Under the pieces are notes generated by a model that saw only the letters and a program-made list of their open reading frames with translations, did not search any database and was not told the DNA's origin. The position numbers and the translations under genes were made by a program. Positions 25,070 to 38,134 of a stretch of DNA of 64,000 nucleotides are shown here, piece by piece. The number at the start of each line of letters is the position of its first letter. Position 1 is the stretch's first letter. The stretch comes from Lama guanicoe (taxonomy: Eukaryota). The stretch covers positions 3,101,374 through 3,165,373 of the forward strand of contig MU054220.1 in the NCBI GenBank assembly GCA_013239625.1, read 5' to 3'.

Positions 25070-25260
25070 CTAGCATTTCCCAAACAGCACCATGTCCTTG
25101 GATAAAAGGGCCCCATGAACATGAGGTTTGGGACCTACTGTGGAGAAATAACGATCCATATTAGCACAGTCAGTGTTCTGAGAATTTCTGCCATAAAGAA
25201 ATCTGTTGAACTCAATGTTTCACAATCACTTTGGTTGCTGAAATTTGTTTTTAAATTGAA
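25070..25260. mobile_element. MER103-like hAT-Charlie fragment
   Basis: agcatttcccaaac...tattagcacagtcagtgttctgagaatttctgccataaagaaatctgttgaact. Confidence 0.55.
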
Positions 25261-26894
25261 ACTTTCCTCCTCTTAATCCGTTTGGGGGGCTGTGGTTGAT
25301 CCAAGGCTCTCACTGTTCAGTGGAAAGCTGAGGTCCTGAGAGTGGAGGCACTTTCCCAAGGCCTCGTGTCCACGTAGTTGACTCCCTCCCAGACCGTTGC
25401 TCTGCGCTGGGATTAAACTCCTCGCCTGTGTCCATTTTGCTGCTTGACCTCCTGCATGGCTGCCTCTGTAACAACACCAGCAGCGCCCCGAGTTCTGGGG
25501 TGGCTCCCAGCAGAACACTGCTCATCTGACAGCCCACCACACCTGGAGGCTTGGATTTTCCCAAGTTGGGGAGAATTCCCTTCCCTGGTAGTGTGGGGCT
25601 AGCTTCAGGCCTGAAGGAGGGGCTGGGAGAGCCTGAGAGGGCAGGAGGCTCGAAGCAGTTCTGGAAATTGCCGATATGTTTACCCAATGCTTAGGCTGAG
25701 TCTCAATTTATTTCCATCGAGCATTTCGGTAACCATCTGCTCTTAAACTAAACGGAAAATTATCCTTCTCCTACCGCGATGGCAGCTCCCTTGGATGTTT
25801 TTAATAAAAAAAAATCTATCATTTTAATATAGACAGCTCAGCTAATAAAAATGATCTGTGCCATTAGTAATTATCCCACAAATACAATGTAAACTAGCAG
25901 ATGGGCTCGCAGGGCCCCTCCCCTCACCCTCTGCTGCCTGGAGCGGTTCCTCCCTGGGCCCTGGGCAGGGAGGGATGGCCCCACACCTGTGGGAGAACAG
26001 GTGAGTGTAAGGAGAGAGAACTCCTGGAATTCATACAAAGACCTGTACCAAGCAGACCGACAGGCCAGCCTACAGCCTGGATCTGCAGAATGTTCGAGCA
26101 GGAAGGGGCAACAGAGGTAATGCATCTGCTGGGGGATTTTTGATGTTAGTGATAATTACTGGCCTTTCCACAGCTTCTGCCATCTAACTCTGCAAACCAG
26201 AAACTGCTGACCACATCACCCAGCCCCTTGCATTGGTCCTGTAGGAAAGGCAGCTGGAGAGTCTCAAGCAGGGGTTCTAGACTCAAATGCCTTTGGAGGC
26301 CAGCCATGTGATATAAATGCATAGAGCTTCGTGGGTGTGGAAAAAACAGAACTGTGGGTCTTTGGTAAGCTGGAAGATGCATGGCTCACCCAAAAACATT
26401 TGGGAAAAAAAATTTAAACCCAGGCTGGGCAAATTAAATATACTGCAGGTTGGGTTTGGCTGTAGGCCATCAGTTTGAGAATCTAATCTAACTCATGAAT
26501 TTGCCCCTCTTCCCACCGTGACCCTCCCACACACAATGCTAAGCTTTGGTAGCCGGGGGAGGACTGGATGGGTTCCACACTCTCCCAGGCTGCATTCATA
26601 CTGAGGGATGTGCTGGGACCTCCCTCCCCAGAGCCTGAGAGGGTCTGTGCCTTTCATCCCATCTGTGGGCTGAGAAGCAGATGGAACCTGGAACTGGGGG
26701 GACAAATGATGAATGATCTTGGAAACAGAGTCTGAGGCTTCCCAAATCCTGAGCCTTTTAAAGCAACTGGATCCTAGAGTCGGGTAGGTGGTAGCAGTGA
26801 GGAAGGAGGGAAATGGGATGTCTGTTAGTTTCAAGTTCAGGTTGGGCAGAGGCCCCACCCTCACATGGCTGAATGTGTTAGTTAAAGCTCACTG

Positions 26895-27022
26895 GGGGCA
26901 GGGCAAGTGGAGGATATAGCTCAGTGGTAGAGTGCAGTACTTAGCATGCACCACGTCCTGGGTTCAATCCCTGGTACCTCTATCAAAACAAACAAACAGA
27001 CAAGCCTAATTACACCCCCCCA
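26895..27022 (+). mobile_element. Camelid tRNA-derived SINE (Vic-1-like), inserted in an old MLT1 LTR (about 26874-27430)
   Basis: A box tatagctcagtggtagag, B box gggttcaatccc, then A-rich part and cctaattacaccccccc. Confidence 0.85.
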
Positions 27023-27469
27023 AAAGCTTTTTCAGTTGCCAGGGACAGAAACCCGAAATTTTGGGTGATGTAACAAAACAATCCAGAAGTCTTATTTTTG
27101 CCCATTTTCTGGCTCAGCTTTCCTCTATGAGGGTTTCTTTCCCAGATGACACTGTCCTCCTGGGACAAGTTGTCTTCCGCAGCAACAGGCATATAACTGC
27201 CTCACCCAGCAGGCTCTGCAGAAGGAGCAAGATCCTTCCAAAAGTCCTGAAGTTGAGTCCCCTTGCCTCTGATTGGCTCAGTCAGGGCACACTACTATCC
27301 CTGAACCAATCACTTTAGCCAGGTGATTACATAGGCCCACCCCCAGGGGGCAGGGTCAGTCCCAACCAAGATAGCTGGGGAGGACCCATTCAGAGAAGAG
27401 GGGTGAATGGATGCTGGGAGGACTTCACTCCACACAGGAAGAGAAGAAAAGGAGAAACTAGAGACATAT

Positions 27470-27665
27470 TGGGTGCCTCCTGTATACTAAAGTGGTCTGT
27501 ACACTGAATGCACATTATCTTAACCCTGCCATGTAGGCATTCTACAGCCAGGTTACAGATGGGGAAACTGCAGCTCTGCGGAGTTTGTGACTCTTGTGAG
27601 ATTGCCCAGCTGGTGGAGAAAAGATTATGCTTTGTAGCTGGCATTGAATAGAAGGGCCTCTGGCT
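27470..27665 (-). mobile_element. MIR SINE
   Basis: ttacagatggggaaactgcagctctg...gagattgcccagctggtg. Confidence 0.7.
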
Positions 27666-29339
27666 TCAGTGTGCGCAGCCAGCTGGTGCACTGGGCTGTA
27701 TCCCTCTGTGCTCACGCCGATCCTGCACACCGTCTGCTCATGGCCATTATCTGTTTTTCTGCTGGGGTCCGTACCCTTTCTTTGTTGACTAGTAAGGATA
27801 AAAAATACAGGGCCATAGGGGGTCTGTCATGAGAAGTGTGTAGACACTTGCCTTCCCCATCTGACTGAGTTCCTAGCAGGGCGGGTATTATGTCTCACCC
27901 ACCTTTGGGTCCTCAGGTTCTATCTCAGCTTTGGATTGGGGATGAGTCAGGGGGTGTGGTCAGGAGATCTGAATTCCAGGCTTGAATCTGCAAACCAATG
28001 CCCAGACTTCCTAGCCTCACCGCTGTCCCATGGGGCACTGAGGCACCTCTCCTGAACCCCAGGGCTCCCCAGAACACAGTTTTAGAACTGCGGAGGGGTG
28101 GGTATGAGTGCTGACTAAGGGTCCTTTGGACTTGACCATTCTCTAGGTCTTGCCGAGAGTTCTCCTGGTATCAATCAGTGCTTGCTGTGCAATGATTGTG
28201 CCTACGGGTCTGCCTGTGAATTCCAGAGCCTTCCTTATTGGAAGCTGATCTAGACAAGTCCTGGTTACAGGATGGAGTCTCAGAGGGATGCTTGTCTCAC
28301 CTGAGAAGTCCAGGAGTAGAAATGAGGGAGCCCAAGTTCCTTCTCAAACACTTCATCATGTCCCCCCAACAAATTGACATTGGCTGGCCTGCCTGGATCT
28401 GGGGCAGGAAGTCTGGCCCCTGAAATCAGGCTCAAGGCTCCTTCCTGGGGTCATTGTGCTGTTCACTCTCCATCTAGCTGAGACAGCCACACAGACCTAA
28501 TTGCTCCCAGGCAGCTCTGGAGGGACAGGAACAGGCAGGAGAGAAGAGAATCTGCCCCCCGCCCCGCAGCCCCCCTCCCAGCTTCCCAATCACATCAACA
28601 ATTTCTCTCGGCATTGTTTCCAGTCCCATTAATATTCATAAGCGACTTTTCTATTGTGTTTGCAATTTTCCAGCAGACAGACAAGCCTGCACTCCCCTGT
28701 GTTAATAGGATGCAAAGCTCACCAACTCAGATCTTATTAGCAAATCTCCATTAGATACTGAGGCTCTTCTGGCCTGCCTCATAGGCGAGCTTTCCACCAC
28801 AGGTGACAGCTGAAGCAGGTCTTAATCCAATATGACTTTGCAATCCCCACTGCAGAGGCAGTCCCAAGGAGGAATGTCTAGGGGATCCAATCCCTAGGCT
28901 GGGAGTGGAGCAGGCTGAGCTGGGCATCCTGTTAAGGGGTGGAAATGGAGTCATTGGGGTGGTCAGGGCAAGGTCTCTCCTTCCAGAAAGGGGCGTTTAT
29001 CATCAATTCCTTATTCCAGTCACTTGGATATTCATTTATTCAACAAAATCATCACCCAGTGCTTCCCATGTGCTTGGCACTGGACTGGGTGCTGGGATAC
29101 ACGTGTGACCATGACTTCTTCCTCCCTCTGAGGCTTTCTGGGTGGTTGGGGGGTGGCAGGAGCTATGGAGAGGGAAGCCCAAGGTGCTTTGGCCCCCTGG
29201 AAAGGGGGAGCTAAAGAAGACAGGCCTGAGCAACATCTGGGAACAGGTGAGCAGAATCTAGGAAACATGTAGGTGGGAACACAGGGGCGGGAGTCGGGGG
29301 GTCATTCCCAGCTCTGCTCGGAACTTGAAGGAATTACTT

Positions 29340-29510
29340 TTCAGCACTTAATAGCTGCATGACCTTGGTCAAGTCTCTTGCTTTTTTGTGCCACAGCCCA
29401 TCTGTAAAATAGGAATCATAATAATCCCTTCCTCCTAGAGTTGATATGAGGATGAAATGGTGCTAAACACATAGAAAGCAATATATAACTGTAACTGTTA
29501 CTATTTATTT
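29340..29510 (+). mobile_element. MIR SINE
   Basis: tagctgcatgaccttggtcaagtc...catctgtaaaatagg...gaggatgaaatg. Confidence 0.8.
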
Positions 29511-31064
29511 ATTTGGGGAGAATTCCAGGGTTGCTCCCAGTTTTAAGTCTCTTCAGCTGAGCCTCAGTGCTGTATTGCAGGGAATAAGCCGATGTGTATG
29601 AAGGTGCCTGGCTCTGTTGGGGCATGCACAGGCCCTCATGAGCTCTGTGGCTGCTTGTTGTAAAGGCAGGGCATTCAGTGGGCTCTTGGAGGGGGCCCTA
29701 TATGGCTCCAATCCTAAACCCATCAGCCACTAAGGCAACCTTGGTGTGGATGAGGAACTCTAAATCCTATATGAAAGGTGATCAAAATCTGTGAAATCAC
29801 GGAGTTGGGGTAGACAGTCTGAAGTGTGTCTTTCTAGATCTGAAATCCCATGACCTGAGGCCCAGAACCTACCTTCCAGGGGCTTGAGCTGTGAAGACAA
29901 GTCTGTGATAGGTCAAGTGCACCCTAACACAGCCTTTAATGATGGACAAGTGTGGGTTCCATGCCAGGGGGGTGGCAGGAGACACAGGAGGGGAGGTCTC
30001 TGAGGTTGGGGCAGTCCAGGAGGGCTCCCTGGAGGAGGCAGGACTTGAGCTGAATTTCTTTGGAGGGGTAGCATGTGGAGAGGGAAACGGAAAAGTGACC
30101 CAGGTTGTGGGCACAGTAGGGACCAAGGCCTAGAAAGAGCCTGGAAGCTGGAGAGAGAGTGGATAAAGGAGTAGGGCTGGGAGACACCCTGAGCCCTCAG
30201 AGACCATGAACCAGATGGCCATGATTGCTTTTGTTGGCTCAGTGTTTAAATAAAATATGTGAAAACCTTTAAGGGGAGCATGTGGTTTTTTCCTTGCCAC
30301 AGTCCTCACCATTCCTTATTGTACCATACCAGGCTCTGGTCACACTTTGAACCTACCTGCCTAATACCCTCAGGCATCTGCGTTTGTGACCCCAGTCAGA
30401 CAGAACATTAACTTTTTGGTGGGGATTCAAGCTCAGGAGAAGGCTGGACCATTTGCCCTAAAGGCTCTAGAAATTGCCCCGAGAGTCTGGGCCCTGGAAA
30501 GCTGTATTATCCTGGGGACTAAGTTTCCTGGGTTGGCCAAAGAGTGGTGGGGTGCCCCCTCTGTCACTCCCAATAAAGGAGCTGTGTCTCTTAATTCCAA
30601 GATCCACTTTGGCAAAATGGCTGGACCCACTTCCTTACAGAAGGGGACTTGCTGGCTGACTGGTGGCTGTGGTCACGTGCCGGCCTCTGCAGTCCTGGAG
30701 CCTTTCTCTGCTCTTCCCGACCCCCCTTCTCCACAGGCTGCAGCAGTGACACTGGAAGTTGTGAACCAGCTCCAAATGCCTAGGGATAAAAACGGGGCTA
30801 ATAATATACCTGTTAGAAGTGAGAAGTTCTCTAAACACCCTCAGTTGGTTTCAAGGGTGAAGATTTTTTCTCACCTACAAATCTTTCTGTTCTCGAAGGC
30901 AGCTGAAGCCTGGGTATTTTGCAATCAGGGGTCCCAGGAAGGAGAACTTTGGATTTCCCTCTGTAGCTGAGGTCTGCTGGGGACAGCGCACAGCTGAGGA
31001 GGTGGGGGTAACAGAGGGGGGATGGGCAGTGTGACTTGATTGTTGGGGACATGGTATTTCTGAA

Positions 31065-31260
31065 TCATAAACACCTGGGTAGGAACTCTGAGTCAGCTGC
31101 TGGATAGCTGTGTGATCTTGAGCAAGCCCCATAACCTCTCTGAGCCACCCATGAGGTGGTTCTGGGGACTAAGTGAGCTGATGCATGTAAAATGCTTAGC
31201 AGTGAGCCTGCTGCATAATAAGCCCCCAGTAAAAGAGAACTACAATTATTGTTATGGTTA
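31065..31260 (+). mobile_element. MIR SINE
   Basis: agctgtgtgatcttgagcaag...aacctctctgagcc...gcatgtaaaatgcttagca. Confidence 0.8.
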
Positions 31261-31611
31261 TTTTGGGGCTAGCCTCGTGGGGTCCTCAGCTGGTGGAGGG
31301 CTGAGCTGTTCCATTTTTGGGAGAGTAGTTGGAGCATGACTGCTCTGCCCTTTGACCTCAGGCTGGACAGATCCCAAGGATGTTAGGGAGGAGATTTTGA
31401 AGCATTATTGAGCCTGGCAGCTGAGAAAGAGAAACAAAGCCTCCATAGAGAGCTGCATCAGACCAGCAGCTCCCAGCAGGCACTGGGGCAGGTACACAGG
31501 GGTCAAGGGTCATGCAGTCCCCCATGCAGAACAGAAGCATCAGGAATGTCACAGCTGGCAGGACCCTGAGAGGCTGTCCAGGCCAACCCCATCACATTTT
31601 TTCATACCATT

Positions 31612-32091
31612 TTTATTAGGGTTTTTTTTTTTAATTGCTGCAATAACAAATTACCACAAACTTGATGTCTTATACCAGTACAAATTTATTCTCTCACAGT
31701 TTTGAAGGCCAGTGGTCCAAAATCAGTATCATTGGCAGAAACCAAGGTATCTTCAGGGTGGTGCTCCCTCTGGAGACTCTAAGGGGGAGAATCTGGTCCC
31801 AGCCTCTCCCACTCTCCTTGGCTTGCAGCCGCATCACTCCAGTCTCTGCCTCCGTGGTCACGTGGCCTCCCTCTCTCCTGTCTGGGTCAAACCCCCCTCT
31901 GTCTCCATCACATAAGGACACCTGTGATTGCACTGAGAGCCTACGTGGGATTATCTAGGATAATCTCCCTAAGGCAAGATAATTCATCATATTTACAAAG
32001 TCCTTTTTTTGATCCATATAAGGCAATATTCACAGGTTCTAGGGATTAGGATCTGGATATCTTTAGGGGGGAACATTATCCAGCCTGCCAC
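31612..32091 (-). mobile_element. MaLR solo LTR (MLT1C-like)
   Basis: ttgctgcaataacaaattaccacaaactt...atcactccagtctctgcctccgtggtcacgtggc...cacaggttctagggattagga...cagcctgccaca. Confidence 0.9.
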
Positions 32092-32099
32092 ATCATTTA

Positions 32100-33030
32100 A
32101 AAAAACTTGTTTTGAGATAATTTAAGTCTTACAGAAGAGTTGTAAAACTATTGCAGAGTCCCCATGCCCCCTTCCCCTTATAATTATGTATATCTTATAT
32201 AATAACAGAATGTTTATCAAAATTGAAAGATTCATCTTGTTACAATATTATTAGCTAGACTTCAGAACTTATTTGGATTTGACCAGTTTTTCCACTAATG
32301 ACCTTTTTCTGGGTCAGGATCTGGTCCAGGACACCACATTGCATTTAGCTGTTAGATCTCTTTAGCCTTGACCAATCTGTGACATTGCCTCAGTCTCTCG
32401 TGGTCTCTTATGACCATGACACTGCTGAAGGGTGCTTGACTGACTTTTTGTGGGATAGTCTTCAATTTGGGTTTGTCTGGTGTTTTCTCATGATTATATT
32501 GAGATTATACCTTCTCAAGATGGATTCCATGGAAGGATGTGTTTCATCAGGGCATCATATGGGGTGGTTACATGATGTTGACTGTGTTAGCGACACGTGA
32601 CTAGTGATGTGAACCCTAACCTTGGTTTAGGCAGCGTCCGCCAGGATTCTTCCCTATACACTTACTATTTTCCCTTTATAATTACTCATTATTTGGGGGG
32701 CGATACTTTGAGGCGATGCACATATCCTGTTTCTGCTTAAACTTCCATCCACTAATTTTAGCATCCATCGATGAATCTTGTCTGTGGCAATTATTGCTGT
32801 GGTGTTCCAGTTCCCTCGTCTCTGCTATGTTTATTACTTGGAATTCTTCTGTAAGGAAGAGTTGTATCTTTCCCCCTATTTATGTTTATCTGTATGGACT
32901 CATGGATATGTATTTTATTCTTTAGATTAAAATTCAGTACTACTGTGATTTATCTTTTTTGCTCAACTTATTCCAACTTGGGCCCTGGAGAGCTCTTTGT
33001 AGATTAACTCCTATCCACCTGAAATGTCCC
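32100..33030 (-). mobile_element. Old L1 3'UTR (L1MC4/5-like)
   Basis: cttacagaagagttgtaaaa...ccaggacaccacattgcatttag...ttactattttccctttataatt...tactttgagg. Confidence 0.85.
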
Positions 33031-33227
33031 TTTTCTTTCTTCCTCTTTTCTTTCTTTCCTTCCTTCTGAGGGTGGGTCCCCCAGTCTGAATATAACATAT
33101 GGCCTCACATGGGCTTAGAAATCAGTCCCACCCATTCTGAATATGGCCTGAGGGTTTCTAGGGGACAAGGATCACATTTGACTTCAAACCTGCCAGCACT
33201 TCGTTCTGGCCAAGGACATCAGACACA

Positions 33228-33907
33228 GAGGCAAGTCTTGGAGATATTGTGAGTTCGGTTCCATCCCACTGTAATAAAGTGAATATCACAATAAAGTGAA
33301 TCACGTGAATTTTTTGGTTTCCCAGTGCATATAAAAGTTATGTTTGCCCTATACTGTAATCTCTTAAGTGTGCAGTAGCATTATGTCTAAAAAATGCACA
33401 TACCTTAGTTTAAAAATATTTTACTGCTAAAAAATGCTATCATCTGTGCCTTCAGTGAGTGGTAGTAAAACCAATGATCACTGATCACAGATCACCATAA
33501 CAAAGATACTAATAAAGAAAATCTGTCTAGCACAGGGAACTATAGTCAGTATCTTGTAATAGGCTATAATGAAAAAGAATATGGAAAGGATATATATATA
33601 TATGTGTATGTATATATATATATGTATATATAGGTGTATAACTGAATCATTATGCTGTGCACCAGAAACTAACACAACATTGTAAACTGATCATACAATT
33701 AAAAAAAAAAGAAAAACCTTGAAATACTATGAGAATTACCAAAATGTGACATGGAGACATGAAGTGAGCAAAGTTCTGTTGGAAAAATAGCGCCAATAGC
33801 CTTGCTCAGTGCAGCGTTGCCACAAACCTTCAATTTGTAAAAAAGAAAAAACCCTCAATACCCATGAAGTGCAATAAAGCAAAGCCAGATAAAGCAAGGT
33901 CTGCCTG
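33228..33907 (-). mobile_element. Internally deleted Tigger1 derivative (Tc1/mariner-pogo)
   Basis: Both Tigger1 termini: ggagatattgtgagttcggttcca...tttcccagtgcatataaaagttatg and gtgcaataaagcaaag...aaggtctgcctg followed by TA. Confidence 0.9.
33522..33710 (+). mobile_element. Short young L1 3' end nested in the Tigger1 derivative
   Basis: tagcacagggaactatagtca...tataactgaatcattatgctgtgcaccagaaactaacacaacattgtaaactga then poly(A); aaagaaaa on both sides. Confidence 0.9.
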
Positions 33908-34039
33908 TACTCAAAACCATGAATTTTCTCAGTTCCTTTTTCTTCTCAGTCCCCTTCCCTCCTCCATTCCTGGATCACTGAAGGTTTGGTCTCCTCTCCT
34001 CAAGCAACCTCCTGGGAGGCAGGGGACTGTCACCTTAGG

Positions 34040-34215
34040 AATAAGGGCTAATCAAACCTGGGTTCAAATCCTGTCTCCATTGCTTCCTTGCTCTGTCACT
34101 TTGGGCAGCTGACCTACCCTCTCTGTGCCCCTGTCAAATGAAGATGATGAGCTCAACCTCAGAGGGCCAGTGTGAGGATTACAAGAGATAATAAATGCTT
34201 GAGAAATATTGCTGT
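34040..34215 (+). mobile_element. MIR SINE
   Basis: acctgggttcaaatcctg...ttgggcagctgacctaccctctctgtgcc...gtgaggatta. Confidence 0.8.
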
Positions 34216-35121
34216 GACCGCTGCAGCCTCCATAGCTGGTTGAAGATTGAACACCGGACAAATTCAAGGGGAGGGTGGGGTCTATGCTGGTCAGTTCTGA
34301 TTCCAGAAAAACCCCAATTTTATGCATTCATATTAAATAGAAGGGATTTGCTAAATCCATAACTATAAGTGATTAAAAGTGTATAAACGTGTGAGCCTTT
34401 GCCTCTAAACATGTTTACAGATAAGCATGAAAATGTCCTCCATCAAATCATATGCCTTCTTTTTCTGTTTGCAAGTCGGGTTCCCATGTTTTTCATGTTG
34501 CCATGCCCAGTATGCTCTGGGTCCTGGGAGTCAGAGACCCCCATCTGCCTCGATGAGCACCCCTCTTCCCGCTCCCTCTGCTGCCTCAGCCCGGGGAAGG
34601 CAAGCAGAGGGCAGACCAGAATAGCTTCCTTCCCCAACGGGAAGGAAAACCCTGATGTATTAACGACCACGCTTAACATGCTTCCATTTTAATCCCCGCT
34701 TTAAATTTGGCACAATTGTTTTTACAATAAAGCCTGATTTTTTTCCACAATAGGTTGCTGAGGGTATGTGCTTTCTATTCAAACACAAAGAAAATCCACT
34801 TTACTTTGTAAAAGAAAGAAATAAATAAAAATCAGCCTTTGTCGTACCAGAAATTCACAGATTCGAGTCAGATGCCAGACTGTAGGATAACTGCCTCCCT
34901 TCCCTTCCTCTGCATTCCTCTCAGCCTCACTCTCATTCTACAAGCATTCCTGAGTGCCTACTGCATACCAGCCTTCCTGAGTGCCTACTCTAGGCCAGAC
35001 ATGAGATCAGGGATGAATGAGGAACACGGCTGCCTCTAGGAGAGAGAATTGAACTCCTTAGCAGGCTGCAGGCTGAAGATGAGTAAGCTAGACCCGGACC
35101 CTGCAAACCAGATCCTTAGGA

Positions 35122-35592
35122 CCAGCGTTTCTCAAAGTGTGGGTTCCCTGGATGCTTTCAGATGCTCACAGACCCGGCATGAAGTCTCACTGAATTGTGA
35201 GTGAGAAGATTACTCTCTTGTAATCATTTTCAATCAGGATCCTAGCAGGAGAAAGTCTCTGGTGGAGGCTGGTGAGTCTTTAATACGCTAGGCCTTGTCA
35301 CTGTCCTATTTTAACAAAGAGAGCAGCGCTCAGCCTTCCAGATGTCCCAGGCTTGGGGGCTCTAATGTCATTGCCTTGCCGTTAGTGTATTTATTTTTGC
35401 GGTTATGTTGCATTTGTGGACAGTGATGCTGGCTTTCCCATGCAGGAGAGGGAGAAGCTTCCTGTCAGGACAGCACTAAAGAAAAAAAGTCAACATAAAG
35501 ACACATAGTAAGTAAACAACTATGTGGGCTCTGCAGACACAACACAGTTCTGAGTGTGGTGGTGCCCAATGACTGAAGACTGGAAAATGATC
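35122..35592. mobile_element. hAT-Charlie element (Charlie4-like)
   Basis: TIR-like cagcgtttctcaaagtgtgg; internal ttttaacaaagagagcag; end tgactgaagactggaaaatga. Confidence 0.55.
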
Positions 35593-35665
35593 AGGATTAA
35601 CATTCTCTTCATGTTTAGTTCCCAGGTGCCATTCCTGACCTCAAGTCTAAAAGTCCCAGCTCTTA

Positions 35666-36341
35666 CACATCTGGAGGGAACTTCAATTCGAAAAGATACA
35701 TGCACCCCAACGTTCATAGCAGCACTGTTTACAATAGCCAAGACACGGCAGCTACCTAAATGTCCATCGGCACATGACTGAATAAAGAAGTTGTGGTATA
35801 TTTATTCAATGGAACACTCCTCAGCCATTAAAAAGAATAAAATAATGCCATTTGCAGCAACATGGATGGACCTGGAGATCATCATTTTAAGTGAAATAAA
35901 CCAGAAAAAAAAAAGAAAAATACCATATGATACCACTTAAATGTGGAATCTAAAAAAAAGACACAAATGAACTTATTTACAAAACAGAAACAGCTTCACA
36001 GACATAGAAAACAAACTTATGATGACCAGGGGGGAAAGGGGGTGGGAAGGGATAAATTGGGAGTTCAAGATTTGCAGATACTAACTACTATATAAAAACA
36101 TAGATAAACAACAAATTCATACTGTATAGCACAGGGAACTATAGTCAATATCTTGTAGTAACCTACAATGAACATGGAAAAGAATATGAAAAGGAATATA
36201 TATATGTATACATATGACTGAAACATTATGCTATACACCAGAAATTGACACAACATTGTAAACTGACTATACTTCAACTAAAACAAAAAACAAAAAACAA
36301 AAAAACTCAACTTAAAAATAAAAGCTAAATAAATAAATGAG
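35666..36341 (+). mobile_element. Young camelid-type L1, 5'-truncated, with 14-bp TSD
   Basis: ORF2 end (KDTCTPTFIAALFTIAK) plus 3'UTR plus A-rich tail; TSD agtcccagctctta at 35652-35665 and 36342-36355. Confidence 0.95.
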
Positions 36342-36864
36342 AGTCCCAGCTCTTAGGTGCCAGGGGTATTGGGAGGGGCATTTATCCATGATTGATTGGG
36401 CCAAAGTGTTAAGATACATGAGTGCTCTTTGAGGTCAGGATGGTGATGGCAACAGTGACCAGACAGAGGCCTCAGAGGAAAGGTGTAATGTGAGCAAAGT
36501 CTGAGGTGGGGTTTGCCTCCATGGGCAGAATTTCTTCCAGGGAAGTTCCTGGGTCTAGAAGCCATGGCTTTGTCTTCAGTAAGGAAAATGTTTGTGGTTT
36601 TGGGCTCAAGGGAGTCCCATGCTAGTTGGAGAGAAAGTGGAGAAACCTCTAAATCTCACTGAGAGTGGAATGAATTAGGGGCTAGACCAAAATACATGTG
36701 ACATGCCCAGAAGAAAGTCTGGTCAATTCTGACAGGTAAGCAGGGAAGGCTACCTGGATGAGGTGGCATCTCAATAGCACCTTGAAAGATGAGGTGGGCA
36801 AAGCATGTGGCTCAGGGCATTCCTTCAGAATGCTTAGGGCCCTCTTCCAGGGACAGATCTGGGA

Positions 36865-37060
36865 TTTGGAGTCAGACCTCGGCTTGATCCTTGGCTCCCC
36901 TAGACTGGTTCCATGACCTTGGACAAGTCCCTCCATCTTTATTTCCTTGTCTGTAAAATAGGCAGAGAGGCAGGAGGCTGTCTGTCTTGCTGCCTCTGGC
37001 AGATTTGAGGGCGAGAGTCTCCCCAGGGTCTAACTGGTGCACGTCCTCCCATTTTTCTTG
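36865..37060 (+). mobile_element. MIR SINE
   Basis: tttggagtcagacct...catgaccttggacaagtc...tttccttgtctgtaaaatagg. Confidence 0.75.
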
Positions 37061-37125
37061 CAGTAGGAAGGTTTGTAGGAGATCAGTTCTAAGCTGTAAT
37101 GTAAAGAGCCATTGGGCATAAGGCT

Positions 37126-37520
37126 CTTTCTTGGGTGGGTTCACTAGAACTAGAGCTTGAGATAAGGATTCCTACACATGTATTTTGTTGAAGGATGGCA
37201 CCTGGGAGAAACCTGTAAGGAAAGGAGAGAAGCAGGATGAGGGCATAGGAAGACAAAGATGAGGTTTCAGGAGAAATCTGGTAGCCTGATCCTGCTGGGA
37301 GCTTTGGGGTAGGAATTGTCTCAGAGTTTATCCCACCGCATGGCAAGAAGGCTTCCCTGTTATAAATCCCACATCAGACATTCGTTGGCTCTGGGCTGCC
37401 CCTGGGATGAGGGCAGGTGAGCTTCCGGCCACCTCTGAGTGAAGCAGTTTCTGTGAGCCCAGGACAGTCCTTCAGAGAAGGGTGCAGGTGTGACAGCCAC
37501 CCCCTCTGGGTGGGGCATAA
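37126..37520 (-). mobile_element. ERVL solo LTR (LTR16/LTR33-like)
   Basis: agagcttgagataaggattc...gagaagcaggatgaggg...gacattcgttggctctgggctgcccctggg. Confidence 0.6.
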
Positions 37521-38134
37521 GTGTCATATGCTATAGGCCCCTGTGTTTTGGAGAAATAGTAGCAATTTTCTCCCACTGCTGTGGTTTCCAGTCTCATGCA
37601 CTGGTTTGACCCAAGGGCCTTTTCTTAAGGGTGGCATCCAGCCACACAGTGGGCTGTGGGCAAAGAGTAGAAGATTGGTGTTGGCACAACCAGGCAAGCA
37701 TGTGGTTGGCAGGATTCGGTGTGCCCAGGTCTTTAGTAGCCCATAAACCAGACAAATGAATATTTGATAGAAACATAATTCCAGAGAATGAGGGCTCTTG
37801 TTGGCCCGATGGTGAAATACAGTGGCTGTCTGACCTCTTGGAGGAATAAATCTGCCCAGTGGAACTTTTCTAGTCCGAGACACGGAAGCCACCTCCATGC
37901 AGGAAAAGCTCAAACACTAAGCACGGGGGGTATTTACTGTCTGGTGGAGCACTGGGATTCCAAGGTTCTTGGCCATGGCTCTTCACCCAGCCCCAGGTGT
38001 GCCTCTGTGCCATCCTGGTGCCCTGGGGCTGCCTGCCACTGCGGAGCTGGACTGAGCAGAGGCCAGTGCTGAGGGGGAGGAGGGAGGCAGCACCTCCTTC
38101 CATTTCCTGGGCTTTGTTCAAGGAAAGGGGGCTG

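Noticed and set aside
22494..26007. Consensus splice donors caggtgagt near 22495 and 25998
   Set aside because: Expected occasionally by chance; no supported exon or reading frame without transcript data
26905..26980. tRNA-Ala-like gene (also near 56425 and 61915)
   Set aside because: These are SINE heads followed by A-rich tails, with TSDs in two copies
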